IMG/VR virus record: IMGVR_UViG_2740892442_000004
Strand: one strand, 5' to 3'
Length of the DNA: 64,000 nt
Source of the DNA: a virus
Lineage: Duplodnaviria; Heunggongvirae; Uroviricota; Caudoviricetes
Translations under genes and position numbers: made by a program
Notes under the pieces: generated by a model
Seen by the model: the letters and a program-made list of their open reading frames with translations, nothing else
Databases searched by the model: none
Told to the model about the DNA's origin: nothing
Part shown: positions 10,518 to 19,235 of the stretch, piece by piece
Numbering within the stretch: position 1 is the first letter of the stretch
Layout: each line of letters opens with the position of its first letter

Positions 10518-10787
10518 CTACTCCATGCTTTTCAGACGATCAGCAGCTCGTTTCAGCTTGTCGTTCGGTGCCGGAGGATTGCTTATAGCGTCCATAACCA
10601 GATTCCAGGATTCTTCATTCAGAACTAGTCTACGGTGTTGCTCTATAACTTTCACGGCACGTTCAGATGCACTGCTAACCATAAACTGAGTAATGCTCTG
10701 GTTAGACATTGCGGCAGCTTCCTCGATGATGCTTTTATCGTCATCGGTTAATCTCAAATCGATGCGCTGCTTTTTTAGTGCTGACAT
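10518..10787 (-). CDS. DUF1778-family antitoxin (TacA/AtaR-like)
   Basis: Start ATG 10787 preceded by AGGAGG; MSALKKQRIDLRLTDDDKSIIEEAAAMSNQSITQF... is typical of the ribbon-helix-helix partner of GNAT toxins; 8-nt gap to toxin gene. Confidence 0.75.
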   Translation of the reverse strand: MSALKKQRIDLRLTDDDKSIIEEAAAMSNQSITQFMVSSASERAVKVIEQHRRLVLNEESWNLVMDAISNPPAPNDKLKRAADRLKSME

Positions 10788-11105
10788 GTATTCCTCCTGA
10801 TGGCCGTGATGTAGGAAGGCCATCAATCTCCTCTGTTCAAACTGAGTTTTCGACTCAAAAATTACTTTAAAAGGCTATAGCCCATTACGTGTGCATTATC
10901 AAATTGTGTACGGCATATCACCGTACTTGTAATATAGAGGTCATTGTTACTTTTTTCAACAGACAAATACAAGCTATGATTGCCAATTGTTAATCACAAC
11001 CTACCATTTAACCTTTACACCGCAGCCGTAGGCATTTAGGCTATATCACATATAAGAAAACAAGTTGTTTCAGACGATAATTATATACGCAAAGGGAACT
11101 CTCCA

Positions 11106-11774
11106 ATGACCAAGATCTTTGTGGTTGGCGGCACAAAGGGCGGGCCTGGCAAATCCACCGTTGCCCAGCAAATTGCCGTTTGCCTGAAAGTCAAAAAGAA
11201 GAAGAAGGTTTATATTACCGATATAGATATTCAGCGCACGACAACGAGCTGGTGTGAAGACCGTCGACAGAACGAAGACCTTGAGCTGATTCCTTTTGCA
11301 TACGTTCAGGATGACATCATTAAGCACCTAAAATCGCTTCAGGGTAGAGCTGAGTTTGTAGTGGTAGATGCTGGTGGCTTCGACTCCGAAATTCAGCGAC
11401 AAGCGATGCTGATGGCTGACGTTATCATTATCCCGCTGCGTCCTAAGCGTCGTGATTTGAAATCTTTACGTGACATCGATCCTATTATCGACAATGTTCG
11501 CAATGTAAACGATAAAGTGAAGGTCCGCGCGGTCATGAACCAGTGCCCGGCTTTGCCATCACAAGTGTCTCGCATTCTGGCGGCTAAAGAGATTGTTGAG
11601 ACGTTTGGAATCGAGTCTGCGCCAGTCAATCTATATAACCGCAACGTCTATGATGATGCGGAAGAGTCTGGTCGTTCTATCTTTGAAATGACCGGTAGCG
11701 AGCGCGACAAAAAGGCGGAAGCCGAGTTTGAAGAATTTGTAGATTATCTGTTGAGTCTGGAGGAAGAAGAATAA
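11106..11774 (+). CDS. parA: ParA-family partition ATPase (small type)
   Basis: Deviant Walker A GGTKGGPGKST at N-terminus; 222 aa; followed by a small basic protein gene with overlapping stop/start. Confidence 0.85.
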   Translation: MTKIFVVGGTKGGPGKSTVAQQIAVCLKVKKKKKVYITDIDIQRTTTSWCEDRRQNEDLELIPFAYVQDDIIKHLKSLQGRAEFVVVDAGGFDSEIQRQAMLMADVIIIPLRPKRRDLKSLRDIDPIIDNVRNVNDKVKVRAVMNQCPALPSQVSRILAAKEIVETFGIESAPVNLYNRNVYDDAEESGRSIFEMTGSERDKKAEAEFEEFVDYLLSLEEEE

Positions 11775-12133
11775 TGTCCATGAAAATGGGTGACCTAGCA
11801 AAGCGCAAAGAGCCTGATGCACCGGCTAAGAACACAACTCCTTTGCGCCAACCAGTCAGACCACAGGGACGCCCGACTCGTGGCAAAGAGAAAATTAAAA
11901 GCCGCACAATGTCACTGGAGGACGAATACTTCGAACTGCTGGAGATGATGAAGTTCATCCCTCGCTTCGAGAAGTTCACTCGTTCTGACGTGATTCGAGC
12001 AGCCATTTTCCATCTGGCAGAGAAGTCACCGCAGGAAATCGAGGACATCGTGAAATTGAATGAGGCGATCACCGCTGCCGATGTCACGATGCGTACCGAT
12101 GAAATCAAACGAGAGTTGATGAAGAAAGGTTAA
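11774..12133 (+). CDS. Small partition partner protein (ParG/ParB-like, putative centromere binder)
   Basis: 119 aa, basic N-terminus, translationally coupled to parA (ATAATG overlap); assignment by position only. Confidence 0.4.
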   Translation: MSMKMGDLAKRKEPDAPAKNTTPLRQPVRPQGRPTRGKEKIKSRTMSLEDEYFELLEMMKFIPRFEKFTRSDVIRAAIFHLAEKSPQEIEDIVKLNEAITAADVTMRTDEIKRELMKKG

Positions 12134-12137
12134 AAAT

Positions 12138-12170
12138 CATGCATTGGCGCGTACATTGCGCCAATGCATA
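12138..12170. terminator. Bidirectional hairpin between ParG-like gene and GIY-YIG gene
   Basis: ATGCATTGGCGCG-tacat-TGCGCCAATGCAT 13-bp inverted repeat; a T-run follows on the minus strand. Confidence 0.45.
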
Positions 12171-12185
12171 ACTACAGTGTCAGCT

Positions 12186-12953
12186 TTATGCCGCGCTAAC
12201 ACTATGTTCAGTCCTAACCACCCCAACCTTCACAAAAGGGCTACCGTAGCTTGGTGGCTTCTTGATTAATTTGCCTACATACAGTTTTCTAATATGCTCA
12301 TCGGCTATTCTGCCAACAAATTCATAACGTTTTGTGTCGGGGCCAAGAGCTATATCCCTTGTAAAGTACTGCTGAGAACCGGCTTTGACCCAGCATTCAA
12401 TCTGATAAACTTCCATTATTAGCCCACCATATGTAGCGTAGGCATATTTGAGATTCTCGTCTCTTGGAACCTTTGCCCATACGCCACGCGTAGCTTCATA
12501 TAATGCCAGAGCGGACATTCCTGACTTGTAGGTGCTGTTTAGCAGGAAGGCAAGACCGGCGTGCTCAGGAGCAATTTCAGTTTCCTCTTGCAGCACTAAG
12601 TGATGGTAGGCGTCCAGTGATATTCTGCCCATCATGGAACCACTTCCTCGTACCTTATTCGTAAGCTCTCCGACCCCCATAAGGTCGATGCATGTCGCCT
12701 CAACAAGTTTGGCTGTGGTTTCATCCATACCATGACGAAGAATATCTATGCCTAATTTTTTATTAGCCAAAAGTTCTTTGATCCGCATGGATTTGGGAGA
12801 GTCATCGGGATACTTGATGTGATCGAGACAACGAGTCGATTTGCCTTTTCCTATGTAAAACGGTCTTTTCATCTTGTCTTCTGTATCATAGAGACAGTAA
12901 ACATAGTATTTAGCCTTATCCAATGATCTCGCGTATACCGATAAATCGTCCAT
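12186..12953 (-). CDS. GIY-YIG domain nuclease (free-standing, homing-endonuclease-like)
   Basis: N-terminus YYVYCLYDTEDKMKRPFYIGKGKSTRCLDHI...E matches the GIY-YIG catalytic motif with conserved Arg/His/Glu; about 160-aa C-terminal domain of unknown type. Confidence 0.6.
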   Translation of the reverse strand: MDDLSVYARSLDKAKYYVYCLYDTEDKMKRPFYIGKGKSTRCLDHIKYPDDSPKSMRIKELLANKKLGIDILRHGMDETTAKLVEATCIDLMGVGELTNKVRGSGSMMGRISLDAYHHLVLQEETEIAPEHAGLAFLLNSTYKSGMSALALYEATRGVWAKVPRDENLKYAYATYGGLIMEVYQIECWVKAGSQQYFTRDIALGPDTKRYEFVGRIADEHIRKLYVGKLIKKPPSYGSPFVKVGVVRTEHSVSAA

Positions 12954-13063
12954 TATTGCATCTCTTAGCTACTGACTAATGCGTTCTATTTTACACATAA
13001 GTTTTTAATCAATTTAACAGGCTCAAAGTGTAGAGCTTCTGGGCGTCTAAGACGACAAGTTAT

Positions 13064-13120
13064 GCCTGCTTCTGTATATATAAATAATAAGTAACTTATT
13101 AAATATATACGGAAGCAGGT
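13064..13120 (+). repeat. 57-bp near-perfect palindrome, copy 1 (second copy at 60037-60096)
   Basis: GCCTGCTTCTGTATATAT...ATATATACGGAAGCAGG; arms pair with one U-G wobble when read as plus-strand RNA; AT-rich loop is itself palindromic (AATAAGTaACTTATT). Confidence 0.6.
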
Positions 13121-13235
13121 CTTTTAAAAGACACCACCAGAACAACTCCCTTCCGTTTCCACTTCCAAAAACTGCCACCAGTCGCTATCATCCGCTCATT
13201 GTGATAAGTAAGTAACTACCTACCAGGTGAGACAC

Positions 13236-13976
13236 ATGAGCCAAATCTTTTTCGATACCATCGACAACGACCAGTACGACTTCATGACAGAGTGGAATAC
13301 CGCTGTTATGGACAAGTGGGTCGCTGAAAACATTGGTTTGTCGCGCTGTAAAGACGAGGCTGAACTCTTCGAGACGAAGTGGTTTGATTACCGCGACATG
13401 CATCCTCTCATGGCCACCTGTCTTTTTACGGAGGCATACAAACGTCAGTACTCAAATATCATGCTGACGCACGGTCGTGAACACTTTGAAACAGCTCCGT
13501 TCACCACCGGGTTAAAACGCTTGCCTTATCAGGAGTTGTCGACTGCTAATAAAACGTCGCTATGGAAAGCACGCCAGTTTGCGGATCGCTATTGCTGCTC
13601 ATACGACTACTTTATCTCCACTGTTCTTTCCGCAGCTGCACGACGTCTGTGGGACAAGCTGCCTCGCCCACAGCATTTGTGGCAGCCAGAACTGATTGAG
13701 ATATTTGAAGAGAAATTAGCCAGACGCGCAACAACCCGTCTGGATGACTCTCTGGTTAGCTTTAAGCATATGGGAGACATGCAGTTCAACCCGATTCAGG
13801 AAAGCTATTTTGAGTGGATTCTGGAGCGTTTGCGCACCATCCCTCGCAGTAAGCGCATACGCGCAATTTTCTCCGCTATCTGGCTAATGGAAATCGTTCC
13901 AGAGCGCCTTATTTCCGCCCACTTTCCAGAAGAACTGGAAGAAGCACGGCGGTTTATTGATCCCCTATCTAATTAA
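13236..13976 (+). CDS. Hypothetical protein
   Basis: ATG 13236 with AGGTGA ribosome-binding site; 246 aa; no recognisable motifs. Confidence 0.5.
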   Translation: MSQIFFDTIDNDQYDFMTEWNTAVMDKWVAENIGLSRCKDEAELFETKWFDYRDMHPLMATCLFTEAYKRQYSNIMLTHGREHFETAPFTTGLKRLPYQELSTANKTSLWKARQFADRYCCSYDYFISTVLSAAARRLWDKLPRPQHLWQPELIEIFEEKLARRATTRLDDSLVSFKHMGDMQFNPIQESYFEWILERLRTIPRSKRIRAIFSAIWLMEIVPERLISAHFPEELEEARRFIDPLSN

Positions 13977-14019
13977 CTAATACTAGAAAACAATTTGTTT
14001 AAAAAACAAAGGAAAGCAC

Positions 14020-15360
14020 ATGACCGAACTTTGCCATACAGGACGCGGGCTGTCCGAAGAGTTTGATGAAGATTTCCAGAACAGACTGACGGCATATTTT
14101 TGTCGTGATCACGAGTTTCTTACTCGTGCGGGAGATCTGGTTGTGCCTAGCCAATTTGCCAATGCGGCCAATGCCATATTGGTTAATATGGTTTCGGGCT
14201 ATTACCGTATGTACAAGAGCGCGCCCTCTTCATCTGCAATTCTGGATATGCTTAAGCGTGCGAAACGCGATAAGACTATCCGTGAGGAACTATTCGCCGA
14301 TGTTGTTGCTGCGTTTAAGCGCATCCTTGCAGAAAAATTGTCCGATACCTCGTACATGGTTGACCAGGTATCAACCTTCGCAAAAAGCGTAGCGTTTGAT
14401 GATGCTCTGATTAAGGCTGCTGAACTGAAAGAGAAAGGCGACTTTCAGGGGGCGATGGCAATCATGGCCAAGGTTCAGCAGATTGGATCGAACGAAGCGA
14501 CCGGAATCTATGACTACTACACCTCCGCAAGTGAGCGATTGAAAGCGCGTGAATATGAGGCTTCAGAGGAGTATGTACCAAACAGTATTACAACTGGACT
14601 CCCTCTTCTCGATAGGTTGCTGTACCAAAAAGGCTGGGCAAAGCGCGAAATGGTGCTCTTCATGGGGTTCGCTAAATCCGGTAAATCGACCGCAATGGGT
14701 GAGTTTTCCATAAACGCAACGCTTGCTGGCTACAATGTTCTGTATCTCTCGCTGGAGGTTCACACCACCATTTTATCCGACCGTTTTGATGCAAGATTGT
14801 CGGAGACGGAAATGTCCAAGCTGGTGGAACGGCGCGATGAGGTTCATCGTAAGTTGGCAGAGTTGGGAGCCACGAAGGGGATTGGTAGTTTGTGGGTTGT
14901 CGAGCGTCCGTCAGGAAGTATGTCACCGGCAGACCTGGATCGTATGCTTAACAGCATGAAAGCCAATGGCATGGTGCCTGACATGGTTGTTGTCGACTAC
15001 GCAGATTTGATGCGTGCCAGTTATGACCTTCGTGATGATCGCGCCAACATTCGTAGTATCTACACCGATTTACGTGCTCTTTATGACAAGCATAACGTTG
15101 CTGGTATCACGGCGTCGCAAACAAACCGTGAAGGTGGCGCGTCAGAAGTTGCCACAATGATGCACGCTGCCGACAACATCGAAAAAGTACGTATTGCTGA
15201 CCTGGTAATAACGATCAACAAAACCGAAGAAGAAGAAGCGAAAGGAGAGGCTCGTCTCTACTTTGCTGGTTCGCGTAACCAGCAGGGAGGGATCAGCATT
15301 CGCGTTAAACAAAACCTCGAACAAATGCGCTTCATTGAGCGAATCTTAGACGTTACCTAA
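14020..15360 (+). CDS. Replicative DNA helicase, DnaB-like
   Basis: Walker A GFAKSGKST, Walker B VVVDYADLM, RecA-like C-terminal domain; preceded by the AAACAATTTGTTT dyad and the AAAGGAAAGCACATG initiation context. Confidence 0.8.
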   Translation: MTELCHTGRGLSEEFDEDFQNRLTAYFCRDHEFLTRAGDLVVPSQFANAANAILVNMVSGYYRMYKSAPSSSAILDMLKRAKRDKTIREELFADVVAAFKRILAEKLSDTSYMVDQVSTFAKSVAFDDALIKAAELKEKGDFQGAMAIMAKVQQIGSNEATGIYDYYTSASERLKAREYEASEEYVPNSITTGLPLLDRLLYQKGWAKREMVLFMGFAKSGKSTAMGEFSINATLAGYNVLYLSLEVHTTILSDRFDARLSETEMSKLVERRDEVHRKLAELGATKGIGSLWVVERPSGSMSPADLDRMLNSMKANGMVPDMVVVDYADLMRASYDLRDDRANIRSIYTDLRALYDKHNVAGITASQTNREGGASEVATMMHAADNIEKVRIADLVITINKTEEEEAKGEARLYFAGSRNQQGGISIRVKQNLEQMRFIERILDVT

Positions 15361-15441
15361 AAAATAAGCGTGGAGAACACCTCCACGCTTGATTCATTGG
15401 TGAAACAACTTTTCTTTTGCCAAACCACAAAAGAAAAACAC

Positions 15442-16623
15442 ATGAGCCTTTATGTTATATCAACATTTAGGTTGGTCACAATATTGCCTGTTAAAAGTGG
15501 AATTATCGTGAGCGAGCTGAAAGAGCTAATTACCGAATTAGATTTTGAACAATGGTTGGATACTGAAGGTATCGTTTATCGACGTGGAAGCGTGAGTGCT
15601 CGCGGTCGTGAAGTGAATATCAAGGAGTGTCCGGTATGCGGCAGCTCCAACTGGAAGGTATATTTCAATCTGACCAGCGGCGTAGGCAAATGCTTCGCTG
15701 GTGATCATCCCGAAGAGATTCAGTTCAATAAGCTGGTTTTCCTCAAGCACTACAGCGGCAAATCACGACGACAGTTCGAGGAATATGTGCAGAACGCTCT
15801 TCTTTCGCAGGGGTGGGCACCAAAGAAAGAAGAAATAGTGCTTGCAAGCACAGTCGAGTTAGAGGGGCCACTTGCACTCCCTCGTCATTACGAACTTCCT
15901 ATAGATGGCCGTCTTCCAGACTATCTGGTTGAACGAAACATATCGCCTGAAATGGCAAAGTATTTTGACCTACGATACTGCGTCGAAGGTAAGCACGCCT
16001 ATGTAGATCCGTATACAGATCAGGTTAAAGGACAGATATTCGATATGCGAATACTGATACCGGTTTACGATCTGGATGGGGTAATGAAGACATTTCAGGG
16101 ACGAGACATTACCGGTACAGCAGAACGCCGCTACCTCTTCCCTATGCAGCTGCCGGCGTCGGGTAAGTTTCTCTACAACGGCCACAACGCAGTCGGGAAA
16201 CAAACAGTCGTTGTGTGTGAAGGGGCATTTGACGTAATGGGCGTGAAGCGAGCCATCTTCGACGAAAAGACGCTGAGGGATTATGTAGAGCCAATTGGCA
16301 CGTTCGGGATGCACTTGTCCGGAAATATGAATGAGGACGCTGAAGATCAGTTGGGCGCGTTCCTGACGCTCAAGGCGCGTGGATTACGCAACGTCATCAT
16401 GATGTGGGATAGCGAGAAGCAAGCGATCCGCAACACCATGTCGGCGGCCAAACGCCTCACCAGCATCGGACTAAATGTCAAAGTGGCCTGTCTGGGCGAA
16501 GAAGGTCTCGACCCCGGCGACGCGACGCCAGAGCAGATCCTCAAAGCCTATTATCGTGCCAAGCCTTACTCCAAACAGCTGGAGTTAAAATGCAAAGTGC
16601 TCGGTATCAAGTCACTCGTGTAG
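15442..16623 (+). CDS. DNA primase (zinc-ribbon + TOPRIM)
   Basis: CPVCGSSNWKVYFNLTSGVGKCFAGDH zinc-binding motif; TOPRIM-like VVVCEGAFDVMG; start moved to ATG 15442 (AAAGAAAAACACATG context) because the track's longest ORF begins inside the upstream terminator hairpin. Confidence 0.8.
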   Translation: MSLYVISTFRLVTILPVKSGIIVSELKELITELDFEQWLDTEGIVYRRGSVSARGREVNIKECPVCGSSNWKVYFNLTSGVGKCFAGDHPEEIQFNKLVFLKHYSGKSRRQFEEYVQNALLSQGWAPKKEEIVLASTVELEGPLALPRHYELPIDGRLPDYLVERNISPEMAKYFDLRYCVEGKHAYVDPYTDQVKGQIFDMRILIPVYDLDGVMKTFQGRDITGTAERRYLFPMQLPASGKFLYNGHNAVGKQTVVVCEGAFDVMGVKRAIFDEKTLRDYVEPIGTFGMHLSGNMNEDAEDQLGAFLTLKARGLRNVIMMWDSEKQAIRNTMSAAKRLTSIGLNVKVACLGEEGLDPGDATPEQILKAYYRAKPYSKQLELKCKVLGIKSLV

Positions 16624-16624
16624 T

Positions 16625-17677
16625 TTAAGTTGTGGGAGACAGACGGTTCAGGACAAACGCTGCGATATTATTTAGTGCTATATTTAGCAAACTTGCATCA
16701 TATGTTTGGTCGTTATCCTTAGGTTTAAAATTGCTGATACTGACTGTCTCACTGTGCTCATTTTCATAGAAACGTTTACTGCTTGAATCTAGGCGTTTGA
16801 GGACGTAAATTTGCCCAAATTCAATCCACTCACCTTCACCATTGAGTCCGCTCCCTGTTTTGACTGAGATGAAGTACTTTGCCAGCTTGGTTGTAATGCA
16901 GTCTTCATTTTTTTCTATGCAAACCTTAATGCCGGCGGCTTTCAAACTACGATAAATGCTGTTTGGATATGCCCCACTATAGATTTCGCTGCTTTCAATG
17001 ATAATGACGTCGTATTCTTCCTTTGGCTCAATAGATAAAGCTTCAGGCTCCAAATCATCCTTGTGAAAAATAAATCCTAAAAGACGCTCAAGTTCATCTG
17101 TTAATTTGAACATGGGGTTCGCTTGGATCTCGCCAGCCCTGTCTTCGTAGACGAGACCCGAGGTTATGAGCTTATTTAGCGATCTCAGAGCCATTCCACT
17201 TTTTTGTGATGTGAGGCTAACTTGGGCTAATACAGTTGATTTATAGCCTTTTATTGGCGAGCTTGTTGTGATGTAAAGTTTGCGCGCATATTCAATATCA
17301 AAGCAGGTTAACCCACTCAGTATGTGGATAAAAAATAGTTTTTCATCGTCGTTAAGGCTGCTGCGGGCTAGGCTTACCGTCAAGCGAATGTAGTATTCTG
17401 TTTTCTTGTCTTCATCATCAAGCACGAGCTTTTTGACTAACGCCGAAAAGTGTTCTCTTGAGATATCGACCTCATCGTCGCAAATTTCACCAATGCCCAT
17501 AATGTAACGGTTGAATCGATCACGACAAGTCGTCGCATTTATCTCTGAGAACAACGTGAACATTTTTTCCGCTGCCTCAATATGAGGTCCAACAAGCGGT
17601 ATAGATTTGGCAAACGCCAAACCAGTTTCTTTCAATACCTTCCTGTGTTGCATCACGTTTTTGGACAACGTTGTCAT
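16625..17677 (-). CDS. Hypothetical protein (orphan minus-strand gene inside the replication module)
   Basis: 350 aa, no TM segments, no motif recognised; convergent with primase (2-nt gap); GC appears somewhat lower than flanking genes. Confidence 0.5.
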   Translation of the reverse strand: MTTLSKNVMQHRKVLKETGLAFAKSIPLVGPHIEAAEKMFTLFSEINATTCRDRFNRYIMGIGEICDDEVDISREHFSALVKKLVLDDEDKKTEYYIRLTVSLARSSLNDDEKLFFIHILSGLTCFDIEYARKLYITTSSPIKGYKSTVLAQVSLTSQKSGMALRSLNKLITSGLVYEDRAGEIQANPMFKLTDELERLLGFIFHKDDLEPEALSIEPKEEYDVIIIESSEIYSGAYPNSIYRSLKAAGIKVCIEKNEDCITTKLAKYFISVKTGSGLNGEGEWIEFGQIYVLKRLDSSSKRFYENEHSETVSISNFKPKDNDQTYDASLLNIALNNIAAFVLNRLSPTT

Positions 17678-17860
17678 AGACCTAAGCCTTGTGTGTTTAA
17701 CGTATTAGTTAAGTGAAATCATATAGAAGTGACCTGACAGCTACAACTGGACAAGATTAAGAGCATTTTTTATAAACGAAAATAAACGCCTACATTGATA
17801 AGTAGATACATACTTATATTTCTGTAAGAATATGCTCGACGAAGGAATTGAGGAACCTTT

Positions 17861-18655
17861 ATGAAAGCAGATATTCAGAAGTCCGTTACCGAAATCATCG
17901 ACAAATCAGGCGTAGAAATTGATACAGAAGAGCGCCAGAAGATTATCGATGAGGCGATCCAGACTGCGCTGGAGCACATCGCCACGTCTGTGAGCACCGC
18001 ACCTCTTTCGGAAGGCTCGAAATACATGCGGGTCTGGGTTCGTTTTGGGGAGTCCCCGGAGCTGCCTGGTGTTAAACAGAAACGCGCGGCACTCGTGGCG
18101 TTCACTCGCAAAATGAAGGACGCAACGGTCGAAGTACGCGCCGGTGCATGGTACGACGGTCGCGTTGTCTACACCAATCAGGCAGTGTGCGATGAAGGTG
18201 AACGGTTTGAGGAAATTGTCGACGCGACTCTTCGCGCGATCAAAGGCAGGGCTGGCGTAGAGGATGATCCTTCTATCGCGGCGTTCCTGAGCATTGTCGA
18301 ACTGCCTGAAGTTACCGAACGCGTTACAGATCTGACAACCCCACCTGGTTTGCTGGAGTTGGTGGTCAGTGGCGATACCAAAAAAGCCGTTGAGCGCATT
18401 CGTGAGGTGGAATACGGCATCATCTGCGATATGTGCCGCAGCGACTTAGACCTGGTGCGCATCATTGTCGACGCGGGTCAGACATGTGACGGTGTGCTCG
18501 CCAGTTTTGCAGGGCAGGTGGCACGCCTGGCCAACGAGCTGCCGATGATTAAACAGGAGGCAAAATCCTACGCCGTCCACCATGCCAACGATTTACTGGA
18601 ACCATACCGGTTCGAAGCCGCTCAGGACAAAATGACTGGCTGGGCTACCTGGTAA
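17861..18655 (+). CDS. Hypothetical protein
   Basis: 264-aa ORF with AGGAAC-type ribosome-binding site; followed by a terminator. Confidence 0.5.
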   Translation: MKADIQKSVTEIIDKSGVEIDTEERQKIIDEAIQTALEHIATSVSTAPLSEGSKYMRVWVRFGESPELPGVKQKRAALVAFTRKMKDATVEVRAGAWYDGRVVYTNQAVCDEGERFEEIVDATLRAIKGRAGVEDDPSIAAFLSIVELPEVTERVTDLTTPPGLLELVVSGDTKKAVERIREVEYGIICDMCRSDLDLVRIIVDAGQTCDGVLASFAGQVARLANELPMIKQEAKSYAVHHANDLLEPYRFEAAQDKMTGWATW

Positions 18656-18672
18656 GCCTTGATAAACCATTT

Positions 18673-18695
18673 AGCCCCCTGGTGGGGCTTTTTTA
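18673..18695 (+). terminator. Rho-independent terminator
   Basis: AGCCCC-ctggt-GGGGCT followed by TTTTTT. Confidence 0.7.
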
Positions 18696-18736
18696 AACTG
18701 CGCTCAATAAGTAAGTACACGACTACGGTTAGAAGC

Positions 18737-19201
18737 ATGTCCACAAAAACAGATTTGTCGAAAATCCCGTCTATCTCCGGAAACAACGGTTATTCGCTGC
18801 GCTGTCAGGAAGTGAAGATCAACGGCCATGAGGCCCATTGCAGCTATACAGTCTGCCAGCACACCATCCTCGCCTACAAAGAGAAGCGTCTCCCAGCGAC
18901 ATCGTTCCAGTCCTGCGCTGCGGCCATTGCTGCTGGAAAATGCCAGGCGCTGAAGATGATGGTCGAAGAGATCCGCAAAGGCGAACAGCTCTACTTCATC
19001 GATATGGCTGCGCTTATCAAAGAAGTGGAAGAGCAAAACGACCACGCCAGAACGCTTACCCGGAAGCGCAACACCATGACGATTCAACGCACGAAGAAAA
19101 CAGAACCAGCCAAACCCGAAACCACGTCCACCGATTCACTGGCGCCTGTCACTGACGTGTACGCGGCACTCATTGAAGAAGCAACCAAAGAAAACACATG
19201 A
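18737..19201 (+). CDS. Hypothetical protein (Cys/His-containing N-terminus)
   Basis: Start at ATG 18737 chosen because the longer track ORF reads through the terminator; HCSYTVCQHT...C..C cluster could be a zinc ribbon. Confidence 0.4.
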   Translation: MSTKTDLSKIPSISGNNGYSLRCQEVKINGHEAHCSYTVCQHTILAYKEKRLPATSFQSCAAAIAAGKCQALKMMVEEIRKGEQLYFIDMAALIKEVEEQNDHARTLTRKRNTMTIQRTKKTEPAKPETTSTDSLAPVTDVYAALIEEATKENT

Positions 19202-19235
19202 AAACTCCCGAGCGACCGATGGAAGTTAAACACTA

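Noticed and set aside
15370-15441. Longer primase start at 15370 (GTG) and longer 18659 start for the following hypothetical gene
   Set aside because: Both alternative starts lie inside Rho-independent terminator hairpins of the upstream genes; internal ATGs with conserved initiation context are more plausible.
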